DNA of 64,000 nucleotides from Nemertoderma westbladi (GCA_032718475.1 JAUCBJ010008936.1:62001-126000), one strand, 5' to 3'. Shown: positions 49,313-61,981, counted from the stretch's first letter. Notes: generated by a model from the sequence alone, not told the origin. A program made the numbers and translations.

Positions 49313-52300
49313 TATCCTTTAAGTCGGAATACGAAGCACGTGACTTCCGCTCGTTAACAACCGCAGCACGCGATGCCACTGATGGTCCAGCAGTCTGTCG
49401 GGAAATTCGAGTACGTCAGAGTTTATCTCAAATACAAAGGCTATCCCTCCGCAACACCAGAATCTCGGTACAGAAACTAAATAAGAAAGCCCATCATGAT
49501 GAAATCGGTGATGCTACTGAAAGCTATAGTCTAAAACCGGATGGCGAAGTCTGGCGGTATACAAAACACAGTGACGGCAAATGGAAACGAGACCGTCGAT
49601 GGAGTTTTGTTGAAGTAGATGCAGATCGCTCTAGGACGACTCAGAACTCCTCTCGATCAGATAGCGGTCCCCGCTCCCACCAGGCTATTTGGAGAAACCG
49701 TCCCCTGGACCAGGAAAACTAGTTAAGGGAGAGGACGCCGTAAATAGTGGACCTTTTCTAAACTGTTATAGTGCAAATGTGCAATCAATAAAAATGAAAC
49801 TTTCCGAACTTCAGGTCTTGTTAAACAATAACAAATATGATATTATAGCCTTAACCGAAACTTGGGCAAATGAAACTATAACTGATGCTATGCTAGTGGG
49901 TGGTACTGATTATGCATCTATGAGACACGATAGATTCCATCTGGATCTGGGCGGTGGGGTAGCTATCCTTTTAAAAAAAAGCATTAAATGCTGTAGAGTG
50001 ACTTTACCAAACCATCTTAGTGATGCTGAGGTAATAGGAATTGACTTATTAGGTTCTAATAAATCTAGAATCATATGTGGCTATAGACCACCTCCCAGAC
50101 CGGACGTAGTTGATAACACAGCGATTTTATTGGAATCGCTGGCTTTTTTGTGCAATACATCACTCCCTTGTGTTTTAATTGGGGACTTTAATTATCCACT
50201 TTTTAATTGGTCTGAATTTGTGTATCCAGACAATGCTTGCTACAACCAGTTTGCCACTTTTATCTTGCATAATAGCTTAACTCAATTGCAATTTAAACCA
50301 ACTAGGGGCCCAAATGTGCTGGATTTAGTGTTCACATCGGATAATCAGTTTGTTTCTAGTGTTAATACTAACGTACCCTTCTCAACCAGTGACCATGACA
50401 GTGTTAGTTTTAATATTTTAGCACCATCCCTTCATATTAATGATAATTCAACCTCGTATACAGGTTTTTATGATTTTAATAATGGCGACTATACTGCTTT
50501 CAGTGCTTACATTAAGAATAGTAATATTATTACCAGGTATGAAAGTTGTGTTACGGTAGACGATTTTTATGAGACTTTTTCCTCAGTACTTAAGGAAGGC
50601 ATAGACAAATTTGTCCCTTTCAAACCTTTTAAACAACGCAAAAAGTATTACCCGCTTTTTGTTAGACGCCTTCAGAGGGCGAAGAAATTACTGTGGAGGA
50701 AACGACATAGAGAGAATGGGCGACAAGAATATTATCGTGTGGCAAAGGCTGCAGCCTCTGCAGCTCACCGCGCTACCTGCATCAAAGAGACTGAAATCCT
50801 AAACTCGGGTAACCCTGCTTTAATTTATAAATATATAAATTCAAAGAGAAAATCCACCTTGGGTATTGGCCCTTTAAAATTCAAAGGTGATACGGTAGTG
50901 GATGATGCGACAAAGGCCCGTATATTTAACGAGGTGCTAACCCAAAATTTTACAGTTGATAACAATGTAAGCATCAATATACCCAGTAAAGTGCATAGTA
51001 GTATTAATTTGTCGACTATAAATTTTAGCCCGGTAAATGTGTTAACTTTTTTGAATAAGTTGCCCAATAAGAAAAGTGGGACCCCTGACAACCTACCGAG
51101 TATCTTATTTCATCGTTTATCAGTGTGCTTGGCTAAACCATTATCTGTTATATTTAAACTCTCTTTTGAGACACACACACTTCCATCTATTTGGCTTACT
51201 GCTACCATTATTCCTATCTTTAAAAAGGGTGATCCTTGCGACCCCTTTAACTATAGACCAATATCATTAACTTGCATCGCATGCAAAATTATGGAAATGT
51301 GTGTCAAAAATGATTTATTATCCTATTTGCTATTGAATAAATTGATCAATAAGGCACAACATGGTTTCTTGTGCCGTAGGTCTACCAATACACAATTATT
51401 GGAGTGTGTTACAGATTGGTATAATATGGTTGATAATAGGCAAAATATCGATATAATTTATATCGATTTCGCCAAAGCCTTTGATTCCGTTGTGCACAGC
51501 AAATTATTAATTAAACTGAGAGCTTATGGCATAGCTGATGACTTGTTATTGTGGCTTTCAGCCCTTCTGTCAAATAGGACACAGCGTGTTGTTGTCGGTA
51601 AATATTGCTCAGATTTTGCACCAGTTACCTCCGGTACAATACAAGGGAGTGTGCTGGGACCACTTTTGTTCCTAATGTTCATAAACGACCTACCTGAACA
51701 GCTCTTGCCAATAACTGTCAAACTTTTCGCTGATGATGTTAAAATGTATGCTGACAGTTCGCAGTGCCATTTGCTATCCAATGCACTTAATAAACTGGAG
51801 ACATGGGCCAGTACATGGCAGCTGTCGATTGCAGCACACAAATGTACTGTAGTTTATGTGGGTAAAAACAATTGCAAACATGTGTACTACTTAAATGATA
51901 GCGTCCTCAGTGAAAGTTTATTTTGTAAAGATTTAGGCTTAACAGTAATGTCAGATCTCTCATTCGATCGGTACTGCAGCGACCAAGTAGCCAAAGCATG
52001 TAAAATTGTCAACATTCTGTTTCGGTGTATTCAAACGAAAAACATTAAAGCTCTCCTTATGGCATACAAAAGTATGGTCCGCCCATTACTTGAGTATTGT
52101 ACTTCAGTATGGTCTCCATATAAAAAAAGCAGTATCAATCTTGTCGAGAGCGTACAGCATTACTTTACTAGGCGCTTATATGCAAGGTGCAATATTCCCT
52201 ATACTTGTTATACAAACCGTTTAGATTTTCTGTTCTTACAACCGCTGGAACTACGTCGTATCATATTTGATTTAAAGTTAACCTACAGTATTGACAGAAA

Positions 52301-52955
52301 CCTAGTTGATCTAGATGTAGATAAATATTTTACAAGACCACCGCGTAGTGGTCTTCGAGGGCATTCTCGTAAATTATTTGTACCTAGGTGCAGACTCAAT
52401 ATGTGTAAAAACTCGTTTAAGCACAGAGTTGTTCCTATTTGGAACGAGTTACCTGGAGATCTTGTTGATGCTGTAAACCTAACCATTTTTACACGGGGTT
52501 TGTCAGGGGTTAACCTACTTAAATATTGCTCTTTTTCAAGAGACCAGGGTAATCCATGGTTTTTTCAGTAAAATGTATTTAATCTCGTTAGTATTGTTTT
52601 TATTTTTTTTTTTTCTATTTTTTTCCAATGGTCAAACTGGATATTTTCTCTTACTTTGAACCAATTATTTTAAATTTAATGTTCTTTTTAATTTTCTTCA
52701 ACATTCCTTGTGTAATTTTAATTTTAATTTCAATTTCAATATTCTTTTTTTCACATTAAAACTAATTATGGACCACCATAAGTGCTATATGCCTGGTAGG
52801 TATCCTCTCCCTCGAACCATATAATGTATCTTATATCTCAATTACAATATTTTACTTATATTTAGTAAATGTATTTCGTGTATAATTTTGTATTAATATC
52901 TGTTGCTTTGTTTTTTTTTTAAATTTGATTTCGTGTTAATAAATAAATAAATAAG
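49313..52955 (+). mobile_element. 5'-truncated CR1 LINE related to 17709-22791
   Basis: ORF1 C-terminal remnant (..SYSLKPDGEVWRY..GKWKRDRRW..DQEN*), complete ORF2, shared 3' UTR motif, (TAAA)n tail. Confidence 0.92.
49689..52571 (+). CDS. CR1 ORF2 APE endonuclease-reverse transcriptase, uninterrupted
   Basis: NVQSI, LTETW, GDFN, SDH, QHGF, DFAKAFDSV, QGSVLGP, FADD, KDLG, LRGH; no ATG at the domain start. Confidence 0.93.
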   Translation: MEKPSPGPGKLVKGEDAVNSGPFLNCYSANVQSIKMKLSELQVLLNNNKYDIIALTETWANETITDAMLVGGTDYASMRHDRFHLDLGGGVAILLKKSIKCCRVTLPNHLSDAEVIGIDLLGSNKSRIICGYRPPPRPDVVDNTAILLESLAFLCNTSLPCVLIGDFNYPLFNWSEFVYPDNACYNQFATFILHNSLTQLQFKPTRGPNVLDLVFTSDNQFVSSVNTNVPFSTSDHDSVSFNILAPSLHINDNSTSYTGFYDFNNGDYTAFSAYIKNSNIITRYESCVTVDDFYETFSSVLKEGIDKFVPFKPFKQRKKYYPLFVRRLQRAKKLLWRKRHRENGRQEYYRVAKAAASAAHRATCIKETEILNSGNPALIYKYINSKRKSTLGIGPLKFKGDTVVDDATKARIFNEVLTQNFTVDNNVSINIPSKVHSSINLSTINFSPVNVLTFLNKLPNKKSGTPDNLPSILFHRLSVCLAKPLSVIFKLSFETHTLPSIWLTATIIPIFKKGDPCDPFNYRPISLTCIACKIMEMCVKNDLLSYLLLNKLINKAQHGFLCRRSTNTQLLECVTDWYNMVDNRQNIDIIYIDFAKAFDSVVHSKLLIKLRAYGIADDLLLWLSALLSNRTQRVVVGKYCSDFAPVTSGTIQGSVLGPLLFLMFINDLPEQLLPITVKLFADDVKMYADSSQCHLLSNALNKLETWASTWQLSIAAHKCTVVYVGKNNCKHVYYLNDSVLSESLFCKDLGLTVMSDLSFDRYCSDQVAKACKIVNILFRCIQTKNIKALLMAYKSMVRPLLEYCTSVWSPYKKSSINLVESVQHYFTRRLYARCNIPYTCYTNRLDFLFLQPLELRRIIFDLKLTYSIDRNLVDLDVDKYFTRPPRSGLRGHSRKLFVPRCRLNMCKNSFKHRVVPIWNELPGDLVDAVNLTIFTRGLSGVNLLKYCSFSRDQGNPWFFQ

Positions 52956-53654
52956 ACACGGTAGGCCTACGTACTGACGTAGGACAGTAGGAACACGGTC
53001 AGAATACAGGAATACAGAAATATCGGTACAGTAATACACAGGCAGACAGGTATACCTGGCTGTCTGATAGGTCTACCGCCCTACCGGCACCGGCAAACTG
53101 GTTATAAAACTACTCCCAGACTCCAGTGTCAGTCTGCTGGTCTGGCAGTGCAGTACAGCAGTAGCAGCAGCAGTATGCTGGTATGGTACAGCCACAGCAC
53201 TTCAATCAGGCAGTGCTGCAGTGCCGGTACTGCCAACACTGAAGACACTTTAGATCCTAACTGTGAACTTAGATCCTAACTAGGTGAACTTAGATCACAA
53301 TTTATGCTAAAAAACCTTTGGTAATCATCATGCTAGTCAGCTAGTCGCGAAGCAACTTAGATCCCACGTGTATTGCTCCCTCGATATTATAGTACAGTAG
53401 TATATTGTGTTGTGCTACATTAAGCATATAAAAGTACTTATAATGATCTAATGCAAATATGTCATACACTCAAATTAGTTGCAATCAGCGACTCACCAAC
53501 AAACAATAATTTGCCAATTATAATAGCTAATTCATTACAATGTATTGGTGGTATGATCTAAGTTCGCTTCCCGTTAAGCGTGATAAATATTTACATTAAA
53601 TGTCTGCTGGCATATGGCAGCAATGACATTTCACATTTAACACAGCTATAAAAA

Positions 53655-55238
53655 ATACAATAGCGGGTTTTTAAATTCAATATACAATATACTGCAGTTG
53701 AAACTCAATAATGGCTAACTCAAGACAATCTGCAGTTCTTTAGTCTGCCGCTAGAGTACGAAATGTCTGAAAGTGAATTTTTTGACCTATTCAGTCATTT
53801 ATGATCCGTTCAAGCTGAAAATTGTCAGATAGGAACTAGAATACACCCTGTGTCATTGTATGGTCGGAATCACTAGCGCGAAGGCCCCACTTCGTGAATT
53901 ATACACAGTACCGGTATGTATAATTTATTAGATTAGATTAGAGATCGTAAGTTGTTCGCACGACTTAGCTAAAAAAAAGACTATTTAATTTCCCTGTATG
54001 GGCTCCGTAGGTTTATTTTCAGTTCAGAAATAAACTTTGTAGTGGCCCATTTGGTACACGCATATATTTTTGTATTTGTGACATTATATTTTTACAGGAG
54101 AAAACTTAACGCAACCCCTATCGGCAAATTAAATTCTCACCGAAATGTTAAAGTAGTGAAAGGGTCAGGTTAACGTTGGCGCGTCATTCTAACCAAAACA
54201 ATAAACGGAAGTCAATAGAAAAGACGTTTCAGTTTTATTTTTGGGGAATAATCCGTTGTTATATGCGTCGTGGAAATTAGCAAATGAAATAGAAGTTGGA
54301 GACAATGTTATATTACTGAGCTACTTGCATTTTTCGTCACTCATTGGGACATATTTAAAAATACCACAATCACAATCAATCAGAAACGATTAATATTTAA
54401 TTTCGCGACAATTTTATTCAATAGTTTCGGGAATTTTCTTATAGAAAAGCAACGAATGGCTAATTTTATCTAAAAGTTGGAACCCGGTGTTATTTGTTGT
54501 GCTCTTTCTATTTTCGACTGTGTTCGATTGTGTTTGGGTGTGTTCTTGTATGTTCGCTTGTGTTCTGTAAAAAGGACTATCCAATAAAATCAAAATCAGG
54601 TTGATTTCTTAATGCTTTATGCGATTACCAAATATGTGCTACTTGTCTACTTTTCGTAACACACGGTCCTTACTGTGAAAAGTACAGTAGGGCCTAAAGT
54701 ACATTTTCGTCGGCCGTGAGACCATGGAATACACACAAAGTCTGATGACTTATTTCCAGTGCGGTCCCCACAGAACTATACTCCCCAGAGGAAACTCCAA
54801 TACTCATTTAGCTACCATTCAAGGATGCAAGGCAGATATGCGCCTAGACCCTAGACGCTTAGACCCTTCAAAGCGTTCGTGCCGAAACAAAAACTGCCCT
54901 GGCCTGTTAATGTTAACATGCCTTGTTAATATGTGATTATCATATATGTTCTACTTGTATACCTTTCGCGATACTTTTCGCGGATATCTGTTGTCTTTCT
55001 ACTTCGGTAGGTGTGAACTTCATCCATAGAAAACTGTAGTAATTTTTAAGAGTGGCCCATTTACTACAGACATATATATGAAGTGTAAGTCACGCAGGGC
55101 CGTTCATAATGCAACGCCAATGGATTCTAGATTAGCATCCTCAAATTAAATAGCATTAAGAAAAGAAAAGTATTGATTGACAACAACGACATTTCTTAAT
55201 ATCTATTATTTAAAAAACAAATTACAAATAAAACAAAC
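53655..55238. repeat. Long direct repeat, right copy (DR2)
   Basis: Colinear with 41478-42763; has ~590 bp at ~54222-54810 that is absent from DR1. Confidence 0.92.
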
Positions 55239-55622
55239 CAAATAAAATAGAAGCACTATTTGAAGAGACAGTAACAATACCTGCAATATCTTACTGTAAA
55301 GTTTGTGAATCAAATCATAAATCCGACCTTCTCACCAAAACAGTAAACTCTAAGTAAGCGAATATATTGCAGTATCGATCTCTCATAACCGGTGAGGCAG
55401 AAAACAGTCTACGAGCAGACAAACTTCGATAAAACAAAATCCCGCGCAGCGAATCCTAAAATCAGGCTGACTCACTGACGGACTAAGGGGCTCGTATACT
55501 TTGCCGCGGTGTGATTTATATGGTTGGGCGAAAGGGACGCTAGCTAGGGGCAGAGATTTGGAGATGTCTAACTAGCGGGCAAAGTGCAGTACGGACAAAA
55601 GTTAATTTTATATATTTTGAGG

Positions 55623-57660
55623 TGTAAATAATTTCTAACGCGCGTGTGTTAATTCTGAACAGTCAAAGCAGTTTTGCTCCTTCATATATATAATTACTGG
55701 GTACGGTGTGCATTTTACAAATATTCTAATTTTGTAACTTGTAGGGCCAATACTCACGAATGATAAGGCTCCTTCCCCTCTTGCGTATTTCCAGGACTCA
55801 AATTCAGGCATAAGGTTAATGCTACGCCCAGAATTCGGCAATTTTAATTTACCAGGCCCCTAATACTAAGAAGAAATGTGTTAGTTTACTACTGTAGGCG
55901 TACAGTTACTAATAGCTATCCTGGCTCTTATCTGGAATTTTAGTCACCTAGGTAGGCTGGGTAACTTCCTATCAGGACGTTGGCGGGGACACGGTAGATG
56001 TTAGTATATCCCTAATAGCCTCAATTTATTTGCGCCTAGTCGTAAACTGCCCTACCGCCTGAACGGTACAATCCTAATTCAGGTGAAACACAGCAACCCT
56101 CCTAGCCTACAAGTTCTAATGCAATGGACACCGTTGTACTACAAATAGTCGCAAACGCACCTGTACTTAGCAAGAGTTAGGCGTACAGTTTGCTGCACCC
56201 TACCAATGTGTATGCCTTGTACCGGTGTGCCTACGTCCTATCTGCGTACTAGTATCTCTGCCTGCTCTCTCTCCCCCCCCCCCCCCCCCCCCCCCCCGTA
56301 GGAATATGAAGGTCTACTGCGGTTTTTTCCTGAATTAAGACAGTACAGTCCCTAGATGTAATTTTAGGCGTACAGCGTGTCACTACTTCTACCTTTGATC
56401 TTTGGTCTTACGCTTAGGTAGCAAGGCATCGAACGCTGTCTAACCTTTCAGGCGATGGGCGAATAACTAAGATGGTATTGCGGGTTGTCTCCTGTCTACA
56501 TTCCCTTGATGTTCCCGTTCATTGCTGCGGCCCGATCTCTAGCCGGCCATCCTGTTCCTAAGTGTGTTCACCGTAGTGAATCATGGTGAAAAGAAAAGGC
56601 AGGTAGCGGTATTTCTGAATTTATTGCAGATAATAATACAAAATGTAATCTGAAAACTAATGACCGAATAAACAAATATCAGATAACTCAGAATAATTGT
56701 GTAAGTGAAGAGGGTGTGTGAGAGTGTAATTAATGAACGAAACTGCACCTTTTATAGCAAATTTGTGCTGCAATCAATCGAGAACATTCTATAATTATAT
56801 TGGGTTTTTAAAGATAATCATTGGTCCAGCTAATATATAACTTGCACGACATTGGTTACAATCTAATAACTGCAGTCTCATTGGTTAATCTAGGTACAGA
56901 CAAATGCAATTTAATTTGTAGCGGTCAATTTAAATGAGTTGAAATTCTGCACAAAAAATAATTCGCACTTACTAGGATTCGAACTCAATACCTACTACAC
57001 ATATAATTTCCAACGCTCTACCGACTGAGCTACTGAACCACTTGACTAAACATCGTACAATAGATATAACAAATACAAATGAGGACTCAAAGTAATCTTT
57101 TAGCAAAGTTAATTCGAATAAAAATAAAATTTTGAAAATCCACGGCATTTAGGGAATATAATTCTATACCGCTCCATGAAAACAGGATATTATCGTGCAT
57201 AAAATATACGGTTTTCACCAATAATCAATCAAACTATAGAATACTTAGGGCGTACTTACATATTTACAATTAAATTTCAAACAATACTTCCTTTCTACAT
57301 AATGATTCGATACAAAATAATTACAAATTCAAACTTTACGTATTTAAGGCTTTACTAAGTAAGTACAATATAAATCTAAATTAAATTCACCAATATAAAT
57401 CTATTGCATCTCAATATTGCATAAATTCAAACAATTACAAATACAAATAAGTGAAAATTTTCTATTTCACTGTAAATACAAATACTGCTTATAAGATATA
57501 AATTGCATAGTATTCGGAACAATATAAATTGCATAAGTTCGGAATAATCACAAATATAAAATATAAATCTTGCAAATATAAATTCTTACTGACTATAAAT
57601 CTTACTAAATATAAATTCTTATAATTAAATATAAAACATATAATTCAAATAAATCACAAA
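55623..57660 (-). promoter_or_regulatory. Probable 3' LTR region of the BEL/Pao element (boundaries unresolved)
   Basis: On the minus strand: four CCAAT boxes (~56800-56885), TATAAAA (~56750) and AATAAA (~56620) in U3-R order, downstream of the last ORF; partner LTR is outside the window. Confidence 0.5.
56966..57040 (-). other. tRNA-derived sequence (pseudo-tRNA or SINE head)
   Basis: A box TAGCTCAGTCGG and B box GTTCGAATCC at tRNA spacing; anticodon and acceptor stems degenerate. Confidence 0.65.
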
Positions 57661-57707
57661 TTCACAAGAAAGGCTCACGAGTCTTCCATCCACCCTTGCC
57701 CTCCCTT

Positions 57708-60700
57708 TTATCGCTTAGTTGATCGAGCCCTGCCGCGTCCTCGAAAACTGCGCACAGGTGACTTTCCTCGCGATATGGGACTCGTGGGGCGAGTCACTGG
57801 TTTCGCTTGGACGTTGAGAGACGGTGCAACTATTTCCTCGCAAATTCGTCTATTTGGTATCCCAAAACCTCGACCGATTCCTCGTGACCGATCAGTTGTC
57901 ACTACAGTTGGTAAAACGTCTGGGAACGAGCGAGAAGCGGACGACGCAGACCCAAGAGCAGCTTGCGCCCCCTTTTGATCAGCTGGTGTTTGTCCCGATC
58001 CTCCTGTTGGTTCTCTAGGAAGCGATACCGTATCCCGAGTAATTCGAATAGTCGGCTCAACTCCCTTGCGTTCTTCTATATTAATAGACTTCTTTAATTG
58101 TTGGCCTACTTTCTGGACCCGTATGATCCTACCCTGTCCATCCTCCCGAGGGTGACGTGCAGACGGCGCAACCGGAGTGGCTGGTATATTTGTCGCCTCT
58201 AGGACCTCCTCTTCCTCGAATACACTCGCTCGTATACGTTTGTGGTAAAACGCGGCTCGGTATGCCCATGCGACGGTTAACCAAGCTCCTTTATTCCGCT
58301 TTTCAGTTCGGAAACGATCGAATTCACCATACGTGATGCGATTAACGACTTTCTGAAAATTCCACGTGTTTTTGTTATCCGGGTGAATCTGTAATAGATA
58401 CTCGCGCACTACTCGGAATCCACTGTCATGGGGCAAAATATCGACTACCTCGATAAGTTTGTCATATTGGGGCATAGCTGAAATGTATCCTTCCAACATC
58501 ATCGTTTGGGGATTTACCGCCCAAAATCCAAGATGCGCCCTCATCGGAAATCGTCTTCTTTGTGCCGATACATGTTCGTCGGCTAAATCTTCCCACTCAT
58601 CGAATAATTTTCTCACGAGTTTTACAGATTCGTGTTCATAGGGTATGTCTCTTAGTTGGCATTCAGATGCTCGATGCCCTTTTATATTGCAATAAGTACA
58701 TTGAGCCATAAATATCCAGCAAGTATAAAAGGTATGAGACCCTTGATCTCCACACCATCCACAGATTAGCTGAGTCGTAGTAATGTGCTTTCCACTGCAC
58801 TTGGTCGAATGATGTCCAGCGACGCCACATTTACCACACATCGTATTGGCAGGGTACCACACTCGTTCGTATATAAGATCTCCAATCGGTCGAGCGCTTC
58901 CTCCCACACTATAATCGTAATCATCTGGATCTATGGGTTGGTAGGTTTCTGAAGGTTGTATACAAACTATAGCATCTGTTGCTTCAAGTTGTCGAATCTC
59001 CGTCTGAGATTTCTTTGGGAGGTTCCTTTCTATCTCAAGAAGTTCCTCTAAAGGATCGTCGGTGATCATAGTAGTTACTTCGAAATCATCACCAAGGTGA
59101 CCGATAGGCGCGCGCGTCTGCCGTGATTCATCCGTAATCTCCACGATACGTTCTCCTTCATAGGGTAACAATGTAAACATAGATGGTCTTTCGATAAGAG
59201 ATCCTGCACAGCGAAGATACACGTCTCGAAATATACTAAATCCTGCTCGAGTAAAGGCATTACACTGAGCGTCGGAGTTGTAGAAGGGTTCAAGGAATCG
59301 TCTAAACACATCGGTATGAATTCTCCCTTCCATGTAGAACGTATGATCTTCTCCGAGACAAAGTGGATGTCTTTTGAGAGTCCGAGACACAATGTCGGCG
59401 ATTAGGCAAACATTCACTGACGACTCTATTGCTAAATAATATTGTAGGACCGCTCTTGGAGGTGACGTAATAGCCCAATACACGCATCCTCTCCATTTAA
59501 GCTGTGATTCAAACTCACTCATATCTGGAGTATCACCTTCTCCATAAGTCTCAATATACTTGGTTCTCTTACTTTCCTTATAATCCCAATTGAATAACAG
59601 GTAGGAAATGTATCCAGTTCCAGTCTTCTGAGTATTATACTCACGAAAATATCCCTGTTCTATAGACCACAAAATAAGAGGTCGAGTGTCGACGTAAGGT
59701 GTCGGTAGTTGGTCATCGATGTCCGTCATGCCGGCGAAGTATCGCAAATTAAGTCCTCCCTTACTCCTGATCCAATCTTTACAACAGTTTTATCTAAAAT
59801 CATGTTTCTTACCATCTTCGGTAGCATTCTAGCGTCGATATTACAAGCTTGGTCCATCTTCTTTACTATGTCAGTGATAAGATGGTGTCGCTTTGTATTC
59901 GCTGGAGGTATCGGCATTCGTTTGTCGCTCCTCTGTCTACTGAAAACGTGCAGGACTCCGTCCGCCGCTCTAATTTGTATAGTCTTAGAAGTCAAACTCT
60001 GTTGATGACTGCCGCCCTCGTTATCATAAAACATGTAACCATTTTCCTGAAACGATCTAAACGTTCTATTCCATTCATCCAACAATTCTTCCGAAGGTTG
60101 CCAAATCTTCTCTATGTCCTTATCATCTTCGAAACGAATAACCTTACCTCGCCAATCCGCGGCAATATCTGTATCCGACTCGAAGGTTCCGGTTCCAATC
60201 CATAAACGAATCGTCTTGGTTAAATATCCTTTCAAATTACTCGGAGCTATATCGGCACCAGCTCTATCCAGTTCCTTAAAGTCTTGAATACGATGATCCA
60301 CGATGGGTATTTCGTACGTCGTATCCTGTCGGACTGGTATACTAATAGGAAAATTGAGTGTCGTACTCAATGGTTTCGTAGTCGAAGTACTATATGGTTG
60401 CATTTCTCTTGTCCTCTCCAGGGATGCAATCTGTAGTCTCTGAATAACATTTTGAGCAAAGTTTATGCTCTCAAAAACTTCCGGTGTCATCTCCTTAGCT
60501 GGAGTTTGATCGTGTGACGTCCAATGGTAAGGTAGGCTCGCGAGTCTTCCGCCCCATTCTTCCATCTCACCTTTCTCGAAAGCCTTGTAGGCTCTGTATA
60601 GGCTAAGAGCTTCTTTCTTTTCGCGGGTTGACTGATTCGCCTCGTCCAGCGTAAGTTCAAATACATCGGGTTCAACAACCTTAGGTGGGTAAACGACAGT

Positions 60701-61321
60701 TTCTCCCGCCTTTGGTCCGGTCATAGCAAATGAATGATATGGATTCGATAAAGGATACCCTCCTTCCTGGTAGCGTAGTTGTTGATGGTTCGAACACCTC
60801 GCCAATATCGGTTCGGGATTTTCCTTATTCAAACGCATCGGAATCGCATTTCGTTGTTCGCGCATACAAGAACCGCATTGATAATAAAGTTTATAAACTG
60901 AAAATGCTTCCTTGGTTTCTCTATCGTCCCCTCGAGTTCGTCTGTAAAGATGCATTCCATCGAATTCATCGCGTACCGCGGGCATAGGTTCATGCGCCTT
61001 TAGGTATTGCATGGTATGATACAAACGACTAATTTCAGTATCGGGGTCTTCGCTAATGTCTCCCGTATCACACAAAGTGTCGTACGGGTAAAGTTAATTG
61101 AAGGTTTTGTGCAAACTTTCGATTCTTTCATTTAATGCGTTTTGTCTTTTCTTTAATACATTTGAGTCATATTTAGTTCTCGCGAGTTTCGCAGTACTTT
61201 CTGATAATTCTTTTATACCAAATATAGTGTAGTCCTTGGCTCCAAATCTTTCGAATGGCGCTGCTGCCTCCTCTTGGATATCATATCCCCATCTCGGCTC
61301 TCCTTGTATCCCTTTCTCCAT
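57708..61321 (-). CDS. Extra ORF region downstream of the BEL integrase (pieces 61094-61321, 59726-61075, 57708-59747), with three CCHC-type knuckles
   Basis: CGKCGVAGHHSTKC, CGWCGDQGSHTFYTC, CTYCNIKGHRASEC; basic C-tail; pieces adjacent or overlapping, suggesting one frameshifted ORF of about 1200 aa. Confidence 0.65.
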
Positions 61322-61981
61322 GATTAGAGGTGTAGTTACATAATCATTACTACTAGAGGGAATACAACAGAGTTTGTAGTTAGTTGTGAGGAGACGTGAG
61401 AGTTTCGTCTGCCCTTTTGGCTCGACAACGCTCTAACCTCCTACCCATAGCCTAAGATCTAGGGTTTCTTTAATGACACGCTGCTTCTTATCTAAAATTT
61501 TTTGCCGAAATAAAAACGAATTTGGGCTAAACTGGCTGTGAGTCTAAAATACTCACTTTTTGATCCCAAACTATTATCAGAAAATAAGCAGTCAAGAATT
61601 AGTAATAAATATAGGGAAGTCTTATTTTTGACGTAACTTATTGAAACAAGACCGTGTAAAATTTAATTAAAATTTTAAGAAAGGCTCGCAAGTCTTCCTC
61701 TCTTGTTTCTCTAATTTTAAGTTCCACCCGACTGTACCCTGAAATCTATTCACTGGAGAAAATTTTAAAAATTTTCAAATCCAAATGGATTGTCTAAAAT
61801 TTCGAAAATGTCTCAATATTGTGAGTTCCAAGTAGAATTCCATTTCTTATACCTACAAATCCCGCTCCTATGTGACACATAAGGGTACTACCCTCAATGT
61901 TCACATATAAAGACAATGGAATTCTACCGCTGTCCTTACTACGGTGTACAGGTACGTGGAAATCTATTTGTAAACTCCTAA

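Noticed and set aside
56966-57040. Functional tRNA gene
   Set aside because: Acceptor and anticodon stems do not pair
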